A stretch of 53,724 nt of DNA, the filler included, from Sphacelaria rigidula (taxonomy: Eukaryota): the NCBI GenBank assembly GCA_964200075.2. It is 4 parts of 4 records of this genome, joined end to end, with 100 filler letters (N's around TTAATTAATTAA, not from the genome) between each part and the next. Parts side by side here need not be neighbours in the genome. Positions count along the whole stretch, not along the records: positions 1 to 13,357 come from CAXNAA020002940.1; positions 13,458 to 26,813 come from CAXNAA020002941.1; 2 more parts are not named here. One strand, 5' to 3'. Positions 12,810 to 24,600 of this stretch are shown here, piece by piece (the first letter of the stretch is position 1; the number at the start of each line of letters is the position of its first letter). Position numbers and translations under genes: made by a program. Under the pieces are notes generated by a model. The model did not search any database. It had not been told where the DNA came from and saw only the letters and a list, made by a program, of their open reading frames with translations.

Positions 12810-13337
12810 TTAACCCTTTTGGAACCCACTGACGATTTTTATTTTCGTGTATCGGCATCATTTTGACTTGAAAATGATGCCGATTCGCAAAAACAAAAAT
12901 CGTCAATGAGTTCCTAGAGGGTTAACCCGAGATTGCTGCTTTTCAACTGTAGGCCTTTCCCTGCCTGCTGCGGGACTGGTCAACGCTTGCCTCCAAAAAT
13001 AACCCGATGTGCTCCTTTTGTCTTATTGTCGTTTCTCCGACTGCACTACGAGCTGGGCCAGTCTAGAGACGGGTTTAACCCTTAGATCGCGAGGGTAGTC
13101 TATCTCGATCACTTATACGTTTTTCGACTGAAATTGATGCCGATGCAACAGATGACCTACTCTCATCGTCGAAGGATTAACCCTTAGACCACGAGGGTAG
13201 TCTTCCTGGACCATGCATACTTTTTTCAAGTTTAATTGATGCCGATTCCACACATGACCTACTCTCGCTGTCTAGGGGTTAACCCTTTTGAAACCGTTGA
13301 TGGAAAACTGAGGATTTACAACTGAGGTTTTTCCAAC
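12810..13337. mobile_element. Chain of piggyBac-type mini-MITEs joined at shared TTAA sites
   Basis: TTAA at 12810, 12922, 13075, 13177 and 13279, each followed by CCC. The units 13079-13176 and 13181-13278 belong to the 98-bp CCCTTAGACCGCGAG family; 12814-12921 and the unit from 13283 have CCCTTTTG(G)AA(A)CC ends. Confidence 0.8.
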
Positions 13338-13457
13338 AATAAATGGTTGTTTTTCCANNNNNNNNNNNNNNNNNNNNNNNNNNNNNNNNNNNNNNNNNNN
13401 NTTAATTAATTAANNNNNNNNNNNNNNNNNNNNNNNNNNNNNNNNNNNNNNNNNNNN
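13338..13457. other. Scaffold gap with artificial TTAATTAATTAA linker (also 26814-26912 and 40271-40369)
   Basis: The identical 12-mer, with stops in all six frames, is centred in each N run. Confidence 0.95.
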
Positions 13458-13730
13458 GGGCCCCCCCGCCTTCAGGCCGCCGATCCCCGGGGAGTAGACC
13501 GACGACCACAACAAATCGACGCCCCCCCCCCCCCCCCCCCCCTCCCTATCGTAGCATGACTCGGACGGAAAATAATCCAAACTCAAAGGGGAGGTAAACT
13601 CACCGCATTCTCCGTCGAGGCACACCTTGTCTTCATCGCAGGCCTAAAATAAACGAATGAGACCATACGCGTACGGGTGCAGTGTAAAATAGCCAGAAAA
13701 GGGGCGAAAACAATATGAGAGAGTTTCGGG

Positions 13731-14180
13731 AAAACGTTGTTTTGGCATTCCAGAGTGCAAATATTTCAGGATCAGAGTGTAACGAAAACTGTTTTCCCCT
13801 TCAGTCAAATGTGGTATCCCCTTCTTAACTTGTTCTTCACGAGGTGCTCTTTTTTTTATCCTGCACTCTGATCCTGAAATATTTCAAGGATCGGACAAAT
13901 CAATGGTTCGTCTGTAAACTACTTGGTTTCAGTGTAATTGATTCGAATCGTACGAATCAATCAATCCCTAGGCTTTGTTTTCAGCGTTTTAACCCAGGTA
14001 CACGCAGCCCAGACACGTGGAATGGCGCAAACGTTGCGCGGATACCCCTTTGACCAGCGGTCAACCTTTTTCTCCCTTTTGGGCAATCAGGCCGAAGAAA
14101 TCGTAAAGTTGGTGATCCGAACCCGTGATGATTCGTACTAAACGTGAAATATTTGCACTCTGAAATGACAAAAAAGCGTC
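13731..14180. mobile_element. Putative MITE with ~35-bp TIRs
   Basis: TTTTGGCATTCCAGAGTGCAAATATTTCA at the left and TGAAATATTTGCACTCTGAAATGACAAAA at the right; internal partial repeat at about 13864-13885. Confidence 0.55.
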
Positions 14181-14198
14181 TTCCGCATCTCTTTAATG

Positions 14199-14481
14199 AA
14201 CAATGTTTTCGTGAGATTGAGAGTGAGAAACGGTCAATGAATCAATGAATAGTTTCAGTTCCGAGACGCCCCTCCACGATATGCCCGATGCGCTTTTTGC
14301 TGTAGCTTGCCACTGAAGCCCTTAATAACTCTTAGTAGGATATCGACGTGTAGCTGCAAGCACACGCCAGCGTTACAGGCAACGAAAAGCACACATCATA
14401 AAAAAATGGTCAAGTTAAAGCGAATGATGAAATCCACTCTCAATCAACGCCTACTCTCATAAATCTCACTAAAATATTGTG
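14199..14481. mobile_element. MITE family A copy (inverted relative to 1427-1728)
   Basis: Same TIRs and the reverse-complement core TAGGATATCGACGTG. Confidence 0.75.
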
Positions 14482-15006
14482 CATGATTCTTTCGGAGGAA
14501 TGCCCTCAACACTATTTGAGAAATCTTCTGCGTCATCTCTTCTGCGGGACGATTTTTCTTGTCCGAAAAAGCCAGAAAGTTATGAACGAAAAAAAATAAC
14601 AATCCCATTGATAATGACCCTTGGACCACGGGGCGGCGGCGGTCAAGCAGACTTGAAATACGAATAAATGTCAGACACAGATGATAATGGTGCGCTCGAA
14701 GGATTGGAGCACTACTTGCTGGCGTTAGCTCGGCGTGAAGCACGTTTGGTTTCTAGTAAGCTTCAAATCAAAAGGTGACCACGCGTTCGCTGCTCTAGTG
14801 CTCGCAGCAGCAGTTCTCATGCCCAACACCTGTCTTTAATCGCGCTCATGTTTCTCCCTAAAGGCACCAAGTTCATTTTTTGCACGTCCAGCACACACCC
14901 CTCAAACCACCACACCGCACGCTTACTGCGAAACACAACTTGCAGAAAAGAACACTCATCATGTGGGATGGTAGTTCAGGAACACCCGCGGTAAGCAGAA
15001 GGGATG

Positions 15007-15266
15007 TCACAATGCTACGGTAGGGATGCACTCCTTGCGCAAAACCTTGTCTCTTTCAGGTGCTCCCAACGAATCTAGATTGCACAAAAATATGGGTCAG
15101 GGCATGCCCGTTGGCAAATTTATCCGGGATATCCCCAGCACATTGAAATAGTAATCCTGGCGTACTCCCACATATTTCATTATTCGTGTTTTGGGTTAGA
15201 TAAAGGGTTTCTGACAATTATTCTAACCTCGGAACATATCTGTGCACCCCCACCGTAGCATTACTT
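15007..15266. mobile_element. MITE family B copy (Sola2-like ends, degenerate)
   Basis: AATGCTACGGTAGGGATGCAC...GTGCACCCCCACCGTAGCATT; internal sequence matches the other family B copies. Confidence 0.75.
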
Positions 15267-15687
15267 GCCACGAATCGTATTTCACATCTAATCCTAAAAA
15301 CCCGGGGGCGGGTGGGTGTGGTAGGGGATGGGGGGGAGGGGTCGAATTTGAAATAGTGTTGTTCTCAGTTCTTCGGGCACTTACAAATGGAGGGAAGTTC
15401 GGCCGATTCCTCGCAAGCTTTCGACATCTACCGACCGAGCTACACACCCTCTCCTTGCACCCATTCATCGGCTGCTTGCACTTGGCGTTTTGCTCCGCGC
15501 TGTCGTCGAAAACGCAGGTGCCGGCCTTCGGATTGCTGGACATCGGCGAATCAATCAAGCTGCTGCGTCATTTTTGGGGGGAGTTTTTACGCGGAGAAAA
15601 GGAAGGAACGGCAACATCATCATAATACTAAAGTCACCCTTCATGTTATCCATGATTGTACGATTTCACCCCGCGTGTCCCTCTGCT

Positions 15688-15723
<36 letters not shown>

Positions 15724-15825
15724 TATAACGTGGCAAAGAACTACTGTTGTAGTAGGCTCCAAACGCGCGCAATTCGACCAGTCTATATTGAAGACACGGC
15801 GTCGCACGCTGGTAGATTTTGAGTA

Positions 15826-16089
15826 GAGTCTGATGCTACGGTAGGCGTGCACAAATATTTTCTGAGGTTAGACTTGTTCGGAGCATTTCAATTCGTCTAA
15901 AACACGACTTACAAAACATATGAGAGTACGCCAGGATCACTTTTCCAACGTGATAGGAACACCCCGAATGAATGTATTTGCAAACGGGGATGCCCTGACC
16001 CATACCCTTGTGCATCTAGAATCATCAGGAGCCCCTGCATCAGACAAGATTTTGCGCAGAAGAAGTGCACCTCTACCGTAGCGTTACTC
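15826..16089. mobile_element. MITE family B copy (inverted)
   Basis: GATGCTACGGTAGGCGTGCAC...GTGCACCTCTACCGTAGCGTTACTC. Confidence 0.75.
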
Positions 16090-17049
16090 TGGGCCGATTT
16101 TAGTGTACAGAATGTGTGCTGCGTATACTGTAGTGAAACGAAAACTGCAAGTGACCGTTTTATGGATCGGTATGCTGGTCACTTGAAGAATAATTGCAAG
16201 AAATATTGCCCATTTCTCTGTGGGCAATCGAAGAGTCAACATGTGGTGTGAAGAACTTGCCGCTGCGCGCCGGTGATCTTGCCTGTTCACACCTCAGTCA
16301 GGTTGCGCCGCAGATCGCGTGTTCGACTCCCGACAAATGCCCTTAACCTTCCGCCCTGATTGACCTTTTGGTGCGCATTTATAGTCAGTCACACACCATT
16401 GGGGTGTGGCCGAAAATCTGAACAATTACGTATGTTCACGTATACATTATGCACACATATACATACACTTCCTCTGTGCCATGAGTAAAGTCCGTTATGG
16501 GGGGGCAGATCGTATATCGCCAACGGAGTTGCCCACGATGCTATAGTTCAGTTTTTTGACAAGCTGTTCATGTGCTGATGCTCGCTATGAAAAAAAAAAA
16601 CTGAGCCGAAATTACTGAGAATTAGTGGACCGAGACATGGCTAAATTCGACCAATTTCGACCACATTCGACCATTTCCGCAAAATTTTGATTTTTTTGCC
16701 TGTTTTGTAACCAAATGGAGGCGGCTTTGTGACCAAGGGGTCTTGGACGAGGCGTGGATACCGTACATAGTTGATGAAATCGGAGGAATGTGGTTATTTC
16801 GACGTTTTTTCGCGATTTTTGGAGTTTTGGGGAGTTGCCAATGTCCTTCGCTGTTTTCCGGAAACGGGCAGAAAACGGCCTTTGGGCCGACAGATCTTTT
16901 TCGGCCGTTCATGCATGCATAAAGGTGCGTGCAGAAAAAAAAATCGAATTTGAATCCAACAAACACCGAAGTTTTCGAAAACATTCTCGCCTTTTGCATC
17001 GGTGACGGTCTATGTAGTCATAACGAACTTTACTTATGACACAGAGGAA

Positions 17050-17085
<36 letters not shown>

Positions 17086-17383
17086 TGCAGTCGGCGAAGT
17101 GAAGTTCCTTGTCTTGAGGTGTAGGTGTAGAACGTATATGTGCGGGTTTTCGCCGCAGAACCTGGTTCTCCATTGTCGATATTCCGAGGCCAGTAGTTGT
17201 TATTGATGCGTGATATCATGCCATCTATTCTGGACGCAAGTCTACGCCTTTCATGATAGGTATATGTGGGCGCACCATCAGTCGGGGCTCACACAGGAGG
17301 AATGTCAACACTGGATATTTTTTTCGTCTTGTCTTAGTATACTCCATCTTCCTTCTGCGGCACTCGCCTTTATTGTCACAGCG

Positions 17384-17645
17384 CAGCAATGCTACGGTAG
17401 GGGTGCACTTCTTGCGCCAAGTCTTTTCTTGTTCAGGTATTCCTAACGATTCAATGCACAAGAATATGGGTCAGGGCATCCCCGTTTGCAAATTCATTCG
17501 GGATATCCCTACGAGTAGCACATTCGAATAATAATCCTGGGGTATACTCTCACACATGTCATAAGTTATGTTTTGGATGAGAAAAAGGGCCCCTGACAAT
17601 TCTAACCTCAGAAAATATTTGTGCACCTATACCGTAGCATCTCTC
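17384..17645. mobile_element. MITE family B (~260 bp; GAG...CTC consensus ends; 4-bp TSD)
   Basis: TIR AGCAATGCTACGGTAGGGGTGCAC (first base C in this copy); TSD AGCG at 17380-17383 and 17646-17649. Confidence 0.85.
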
Positions 17646-17698
17646 AGCGCGAGAGGAAGGGTTCGGCGGCCCCTTCCCCTCGTCGACCGTAATTTCTT

Positions 17699-17814
17699 CT
17701 TTATTTGTGTACCGACGACATAGCCGCTCTCCATTGTTGGGCATGATGTGAGAATAAATCTTGGATCGTGTAACTTCACCGAGATTCGAACCCACGTCCC
17801 AACCGTCAGAAAGA
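17699..17814 (-). mobile_element. 5'-truncated tRNA-derived SINE fragment
   Basis: Minus strand reads GGTTGGGACGTGGGTTCGAATCTCGG (Pol III B box) and ends in an A-rich tail ACACAAATAAAGAAGAAA; A box missing. Confidence 0.55.
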
Positions 17815-17819
17815 TGTCA

Positions 17820-18486
17820 CACACTCGGCCATTCGGCTACCCCCCAAGATACTCTGCTCTCCGGTCAACCTTTCGAGCCTCCAGAGGAATTAAACGCCTC
17901 TAGAGGGTGCGCGGCTCTCCAGAGGGGTGGGATAGAACGCCTCCAAAGGCTTGCTTTGCTTCTTGAGGGCCGCGCACCTTCTGGAGGAACTTGGAGGATG
18001 CGAAGCCCTCCAGAGCACTATCTTTTTTCTTACTCTCGAGGGATTCAGACCTCAGCAGTCACGGGAGCATCAACATACCCTCCAGAGGGCTCGTTTCATG
18101 ACCAGTACTGAGTATGAAATACCCTCCAGAGGCTATTTTCATCCTCCGGAGGGTCACTTCACCTTCGAGAGGATAAGAACCGCGGAGCAATGCTACGGTA
18201 GGGGTGCACCTTTTTAGCGAAATAATGTCTAGTTCAGGGGCTCCCAACGATTCTAGATGCAAAAATATGGGTCAGGACATCCCCATTTGCAAATTCATTC
18301 GGGATATCCCCAGCACATTGGAGTAGTAGTAATCCTGGCGTACTTACACATATTTTCGTAGGTCGCGTTTTGCATGAGATGACGGGCTCCTAACAATTCT
18401 AACCTCAGAAAATATTTGTGCACCCCTACTGTAGCATCACTCCGTGATAGAGGATGTTTATGGGGGTAGCCGAATGGCCGCGTGTG
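17820..18486. mobile_element. CACAC-ended TIR element with many CTCCAGAGG-type subterminal repeats (CACTA/CMC-like, non-autonomous)
   Basis: CACACTCGGCCATTCGGCTACCCCC at the left and GGGGGTAGCCGAATGGCCGCGTGTG at the right. Related ends and repeats occur at about 110-302 and 20298-20619. No clear TSD. Confidence 0.6.
18185..18442. mobile_element. MITE family B copy nested in the CACAC-ended element
   Basis: GAGCAATGCTACGGTAGGGGTGCAC...GTGCACCCCTACTGTAGCATCACTC; flanks CGCG/CGTG (TSD with one mismatch). Confidence 0.85.
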
Positions 18487-18619
18487 TTCCATTAAGATCC
18501 CGGTTGACCGCGGAGCTAATCAGCTAGCGCTGGCTCAGTGGTCGATCGGTATCTCACCAAAAGTCAAGTTCGGTGGGTCCGTCGCATAACCCCGAGTACT
18601 CGCACCTCAGGGTGGCCAT

Positions 18620-18792
18620 CTCTGTAACCATCGCTGATCATGTCAACCGGTGGACTCGCCAGATGTATATCTCGGCAACGTCGACGTTCTCGAGTCGACT
18701 CGCCACATGTCTCGGCAACGCTGTAGAATAAGTTTTAACTGCACAGGAGGGGATTCGAACGACGCTACCAACCGAGCCACCGGGGCGACCGG
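18620..18792 (-). mobile_element. tRNA-derived SINE head and body
   Basis: Minus strand reads GCCCCGGTGGCTCGGTTGGTAGCG (A box) then GTTCGAATCCC (B box) with the anticodon arm deleted, so it is not a tRNA gene; 3' boundary approximate. Confidence 0.55.
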
Positions 18793-18913
18793 TGTCATCA
18801 GTACGAGCTGAGGAAGTACTCCATTATCGAATCTGCGTCACCAAACTGCAAATATCACGTGTGTTCAGAAGGAAATATGGATTGCTTTAGCAATCCCTGG
18901 AAAGTGCGGACAG

Positions 18914-19170
18914 GAGCAATGCTACGGTAGGGGTGCACTTTTTCCGCGAATTTTTGTCTGGTTCAGGGGCTCCTAACGATTCTAGACGTACAAGAATATG
19001 GGTCAGGGCATCCCCGTTTGCAGATGTATTCGGGATATCCCCAGCACATTGGAAAAGTAATCCTAGCGTACTCTCGAATATCTTCATTAGTCGTGTTTTG
19101 GATTAGACAAAGAGCTCCTAACAGTTCTAACCTCAGAAAATATATGTGTACCCCTATCGTAGCATCACTC
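18914..19170. mobile_element. MITE family B copy
   Basis: Same GAG...CTC TIRs; TSD not preserved. Confidence 0.8.
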
Positions 19171-19906
19171 GAAGGCTGCTTCATAGGGGAGGGCGGGCTT
19201 CAAGGTTCGAGGTACCACGAAGCCTCGGTAGGAGGAAAACTGTACTGACCATCACCACCACTGACTGATCCCGTGGTGATACGACTTGTGAGTGCCCCGT
19301 CACTCATATCATATTTGCACTCGTACACATGCCCACCCCGCATTTCGGGCAACACGATTTTGAGTCTGCAAAAATAGGGTGGTCAGAACGACATGAACTA
19401 CACCACGCACGTTTCTAATACCCGCGATTACGAGGACACTAATGAGGATCGTTCTTTCCCCAAACCGTTCAGACTTTTTTCTGACCAAACAAAAAACGTT
19501 CTCACCGAAATATGGGACGACTGATTTCTAAACCACGTGTCATCGAAAATAACAGTTGAAGTCTGACTTCAACACATTATTACTCGGAAATTCTAGCGTT
19601 AGATTTCTTTGCATTTTTTTTTTTCTTGTGAGAAGTTAGAATTTTTCTCCCCAAAAGTCTAAAACGTCGAGGGAAGAGGGGCCGTTGATAATGACCCCAC
19701 TCACTCGTATATTTTTCCGGACTGGGGTACGTGATCTGAATCGGTACACAAGAGCAATGATCCGGGAATACTGTTAAGACTCGAGAGCTTGACCGGACAC
19801 CCGGGATAATTTTTTCAAGATGTCACGATAAAACCACTGAGCCATCCAGTCAGCGCTGACTGAGCAGTGGCTGCGACATTCCAACACAAAAATTATTCAG
19901 GCTTCA

Positions 19907-20195
19907 CCCTTAGACTGCGAGGAGGGTAGTCCATCTGGACCACGCATACCTCTTTCAAGTGAAGTTGATGCCGATTCAACAGATGGCCTACTACTCTCGT
20001 CTAAGGGTTAACCCTTGGGGGGCGGGAGGTAGGTCATCTGTTGAACCGGCATCAATCTCGCTTGAAAAAAAGTATACACGATCCAGATGGACTACCCTCG
20101 CGGTCCAAGGGTTAACCCATAGACGGCGAGGATAGACCATCCGGGTCATGGATAATACGTCCTTCGAGTGAAATCGATGCCGATTCGACAGAGGT
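19907..20195. mobile_element. Three abutting ~100-bp piggyBac-type MITE copies
   Basis: CCC...GGG units joined at TTAA 20008 and 20112; shared core GATGCCGATTCAACAGA or its complement; third copy truncated. Confidence 0.8.
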
Positions 20196-20889
20196 GGATG
20201 AACAGTTTGCTACGCCCTCAGAACACCTTCCGCAAGTGAGACCCTGTGGCGACCCTCCGAAGGTCCAAAACCTCCTGCGGCGACCTTGCTATTTATACAC
20301 ACCCTCTACCTTGTGCAGCCTTTATTATCTATCCTGCAGCGAGAATAAAGTATCCATATGTTTGTAGTGCAGCCGTCCGAAGGTGAATTTACACACTGGA
20401 GAGGATTGTCTTCCCACTTTCCTCCAGAGGCACCCCCAGTAGAATCAAGTGCCCAAGGGGATCGTGTGTCCTCTAGCGGGTTCGTGTACTGCCCGCTCCA
20501 GAGGTATTGTGACCCAGTAGAGGGTAGTTTATCCTCCGGAGGGCCATTTTGCCCTCTAGAGATAAAACAAAGGCGATACTGTGGTGTGATTTCAAGGAGG
20601 AGGCGAATGGCCGCGTGTGTCACGGTCGAGAGTATCTTTCGTTTTCCAGAATGAAGCGTTCATCTCCAAGGCGGACAGCAGCTACGCAGTCTTTTCATCA
20701 CCGTCATTCTCGACGTCGCACCCGCCCCTCATTTGTGGGGACGGTTCAAGCTTGGCATTACTGAAGGCAAGGGGGTATGGTGGAAAGTCTTAATCCGCAC
20801 CATTTGACTGAAGGGCATGGTGCAACGTCACAACCCTCACTTGAAGACGTACTGATTCCTATTCGACGAATGGAACCCCCGACGGTTAA

Positions 20890-21198
20890 CCCTTAGACGG
20901 CGAGAGTACGTGGGTCATCTGTTGAATCAGGTTGAATTTCACTTAACCCTTAGACCGCGAGATTAGTCTTTCTGGATCATGCATACTTGTTTTCACTCGA
21001 AATTGATGCCGATTCAACAGAAGACTAGCCTCGCGGTCTGAGGGTTAAAAAGGGTATGCATGATCTGGGCGGGCTACCCGCGCGGTCCAAGGGTTAACCC
21101 ATATACGCCGAGAGTAGGAAGTCTGTGTTGAATCGGCACCAATTTCACTTGAAAAAGGTATTCCATGATCCACATGGACTTCCCTGGCGGTGTAAGGA
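20890..21198. mobile_element. Nested plus tandem piggyBac-type MITEs
   Basis: Outer copy 20890-21093 is split at a duplicated TTAA (20943, 21045) by an inverted copy 20947-21044. A third copy 21098-21198 abuts at TTAA 21094. Confidence 0.85.
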
Positions 21199-21305
21199 TT
21201 AATTCACTATTATTGTCATGTTTCTTGTTATGTCGTAGTATTTTCGTACAAATGGTTGGCCGACATGGGATATTCCAGCATGATGAGAATGTGGAGTACT
21301 TACTG

Positions 21306-21624
21306 TTGACGTTTTCGTGAGATTTTGAGAGTAGAGAGCTGATTACGAGTGGTTTTGATCATTTGCTTTAACTCGGCCAACTTTTTATTCCGTGTGTGCT
21401 CCCGTGTGTGCTTGTTCTTGCCTACATCACTGGCGTGTGCTTACAGCCACACGTCGATATCCTACTCGGGATATCAAGGGCCTCAGTGGCGAGCTACTAC
21501 AGAAAGCATATCGTGCATATATATCGTGGAGGGGGCAAGTCGAGCCTGAAATGATTCATTCACTAAATGACCGCTTTTCGCTGTCAATCATATCCTCTAC
21601 TCCCAATCTCACGAAAACGTTGTT
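21306..21624. mobile_element. MITE family A copy
   Basis: GTTTTCGTGAGATTTTGAGAGTAGAG...CTCTACTCCCAATCTCACGAAAAC with the same internal sequence. Confidence 0.75.
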
Positions 21625-24600
21625 TGTTGTGCCTTCGGTCGCGGAATTGACCATACAATATAACATGTGTACCTCGTTTTTTCAATACCCCCCTGCGTGT
21701 ATAGATAGGGGTGTGGAAAGGACATAGCCGCAGTAACCCCAGCGGGTAATACAGCCCGGCTCCGGCCTGGTAGGGCCGGCTCCGGCCTGATAGAGGCACA
21801 CGGATTATAGGATAAAAGCGTGTGATGCTTATTGCTGTGGTTGACGATCTTTGGTTCCTGAGTTTGGATCTATTTCCGTTTAGCTCCGCGTTTCGAGTGA
21901 GAACCTTGTTCTGCTTCCACACTGTCCCAGTGGCCCTGATGGTCGCCTGCGGCACCCGCCGATCTTTCGAGGTTAGGGTCGGTCGTTAAAACGTGAGCAC
22001 CACATGACAAATTATCCGCAACCCGGCGTCCACAAACCACTTGACAGAAGCCACTACAGTATCTCGTGAAATAGTCGAGTACGTGCGTTTGTGCCACCAG
22101 CGGGTTCGGAAGCCTCGACGTGAACAAGCATTTAGCATTCGTATCCACGATGATCGCGGCCCGAGCTCAGTACTGTTGTAGCACCAAACCTTTGAGTTAC
22201 AGGAACTGCATATAATAGCATACTCCCTCCACTGCTCGCTAACGTGAAAAAAAATGACGTACCACTTGCACGGCGCGGAAAGAAGGGGGCTGCGATATAC
22301 TGCGTAACGGAACCACTGTTGTACAACGGTATGTATGCTTTTGTACTGAACCAATCTACAACAACCTGCCTTTCAGCTACCACCCCCCACAAATATACAC
22401 ATAATAATGCTCTATGATACAGTACTTCCATATATTGCATCGTACTGCGGGGGCTCGGCGATATCAATCATTCTAAGTGCGCCTTCTCTAAACAACATGG
22501 AAAAGTGATGGCTGTGCCTTTCCAGGGACTTTGACGGACGGAAGCATGGCAGCAACCCACTCCACATTTTCTCACTGGACTCCCCTTTGTTGACGATCGA
22601 AACACCAACACATCCGTCTGTGCCACCACCCTCACCAGCAGGCAAGATCAAAAACGATGCGCAGAGAAGTTACTTCGTTACGTCGGCTCCTTGGGCTCAA
22701 GAGCTCTTCGCGCCATGTAAGGCATCTCGTCTTCCGTTCAACCACTCACCACCTGGAGCACTTAGGGCAATCATCTTCAACGAAGCAAGCAAGCGACCCC
22801 GTTTTCGTCCCCGTCGCAGTAGTGGATAGTCCATCAGTGGCATGGAGCGCCGTCAACCCGAGCACCAGTGATATCCATGGTAATCGTCCTATCATAACCA
22901 TTCTTGAGAGAGGAGGGCAGGGGCCTCCGCGAACACGAGACGTCGGTGAGCCTAAAACGTACAAAGGCGTGTGACGGGATTTTTCGGCGGCAATCAGAGC
23001 AGGAGCGAGTCAAGCACCGTTGTATGCAGCAGCAGTATGTAGGATCGCGAGGATACTGGCTCCCGACATTCAGCTCTTGTTTAGATGCCACAAAGTTAGT
23101 GTAGTATACTACTGCAGTTGTGGTCGTCAGCGTTGGCTGCCCAGCATAGTGGTTATTGCGACATGCTCAAGATTCTCTGTCGGGTCATCTAGCTGTTGAA
23201 TCGGCATGACTTCCACTCGAAAAATGGGGGTAAGACCCAGATGACCCACCCAGGCGTGCAAGGGGTCGACGTCCCTTGCGCATTCAAGATCCGCCGGCCG
23301 ATTTTTGAACTGGACGATCTCAACAACAAGGGAAATGCACCTACAGACAGGATCTGCAAAAAAAACAACGAAAAAACCCATCGATACCGTGAAGCACACG
23401 AGGAGAGCGCAGCATCCAGGAGCGTACTGTTTTCGCAGGATATGTCAAGTGCCACCAGCTGCACACAGGCGTGTAGCTGGGAGACACCGCGAAATTTCGA
23501 GTCGATCAGAATCCACTGCAGCAGTGGTTGGTTCTACCAGCGAGAAGGCTCCTTTGATGACCATACATAAAAGAGATTGGATATTGGATATTGGATATTG
23601 GATATAAAAAGTGAAGAGCTCTTTTTTCGACACAAGGTTATATTTTCCATGTTTCGTCTTGTGGCAACAAGAGATCTTGAAGTCGTTTGTTGTGGCTTTT
23701 CAGAAACATCCTCTCATCTTTCAAGTGGTTGGATCCAATAGGCAACGTATCGTCGGCGGCGTCGATCCACGAACAAGAGGTTATGCACCGCACCCGCAGT
23801 CTGTGTGCTGACCTCAATCCTTCCTTCATGGGCCAAGAGACGCGGAACCAAGCCCCAAAACGCTTTGCTCGAATGACATGTTTGCAGTTTGCTCTCGTTG
23901 ACGACACCTCAGCGCGGACGATCTTTGAAACCGGTACAGTAATACCAATACGTACAGCACAAAGGGTATTATTGATCACAGAACAGCGGGAACCCGGTAG
24001 ATATGTGGTCACATTTATGCCTACTTTATCATAAAATGCAATCTCCATGGTGCAGGGGGGAGGAAATGAAGCGGGGACGAGAAGTGAGCCGCTGGACAAC
24101 CCACAAATCTCGAATCATCACAAACAATTGGCCGAGGCCGATGGCTGGACTTCCAGCTGGAGTGTCGTCTATAATAATAGAATCCATGAGCTCTCCAACA
24201 GTTGTACCGCTTTGACGGAAATGCGGTGAAACTCGCTGAATGTCTGATCTACTCTAGGTCCGTCGTCGTGCTCGCGCAACGCACGCGCGACGGACTGTCT
24301 GATGCGCCTACTACTCTGGGTACTGGCGAGCCAAGAAACGTTGCAGGTGGAAAATTATACCCATAAGACCAAACGGTCTTGTGGACGGCAGGAACGCAAA
24401 AGAAAACAACAGTATATAGGTCAATCCTGCCTCGCGAAACGCATAACTCAAAACTCCAACAACTCACCCAAGTTGTAAAGAAAAGTCTCCACCAACGACT
24501 TGTTTTCAAGTAAAAACGAAACAGCCGACAGCGTTCGGAGCGCTAAGGGGCAACATTGTTTGTAGGACTGCAATCAGATCAGCAACAAACAGGTGAGCCG

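Noticed and set aside
13402-13413. TTAATTAATTAA motif recurring three times
   Set aside because: Always centred in N runs; it is an assembly linker, not biology.
18747-18792. tRNA gene (also the B-box-like GTTCGACTCC at about 16321)
   Set aside because: No anticodon arm or complete cloverleaf; better explained as SINE-derived.
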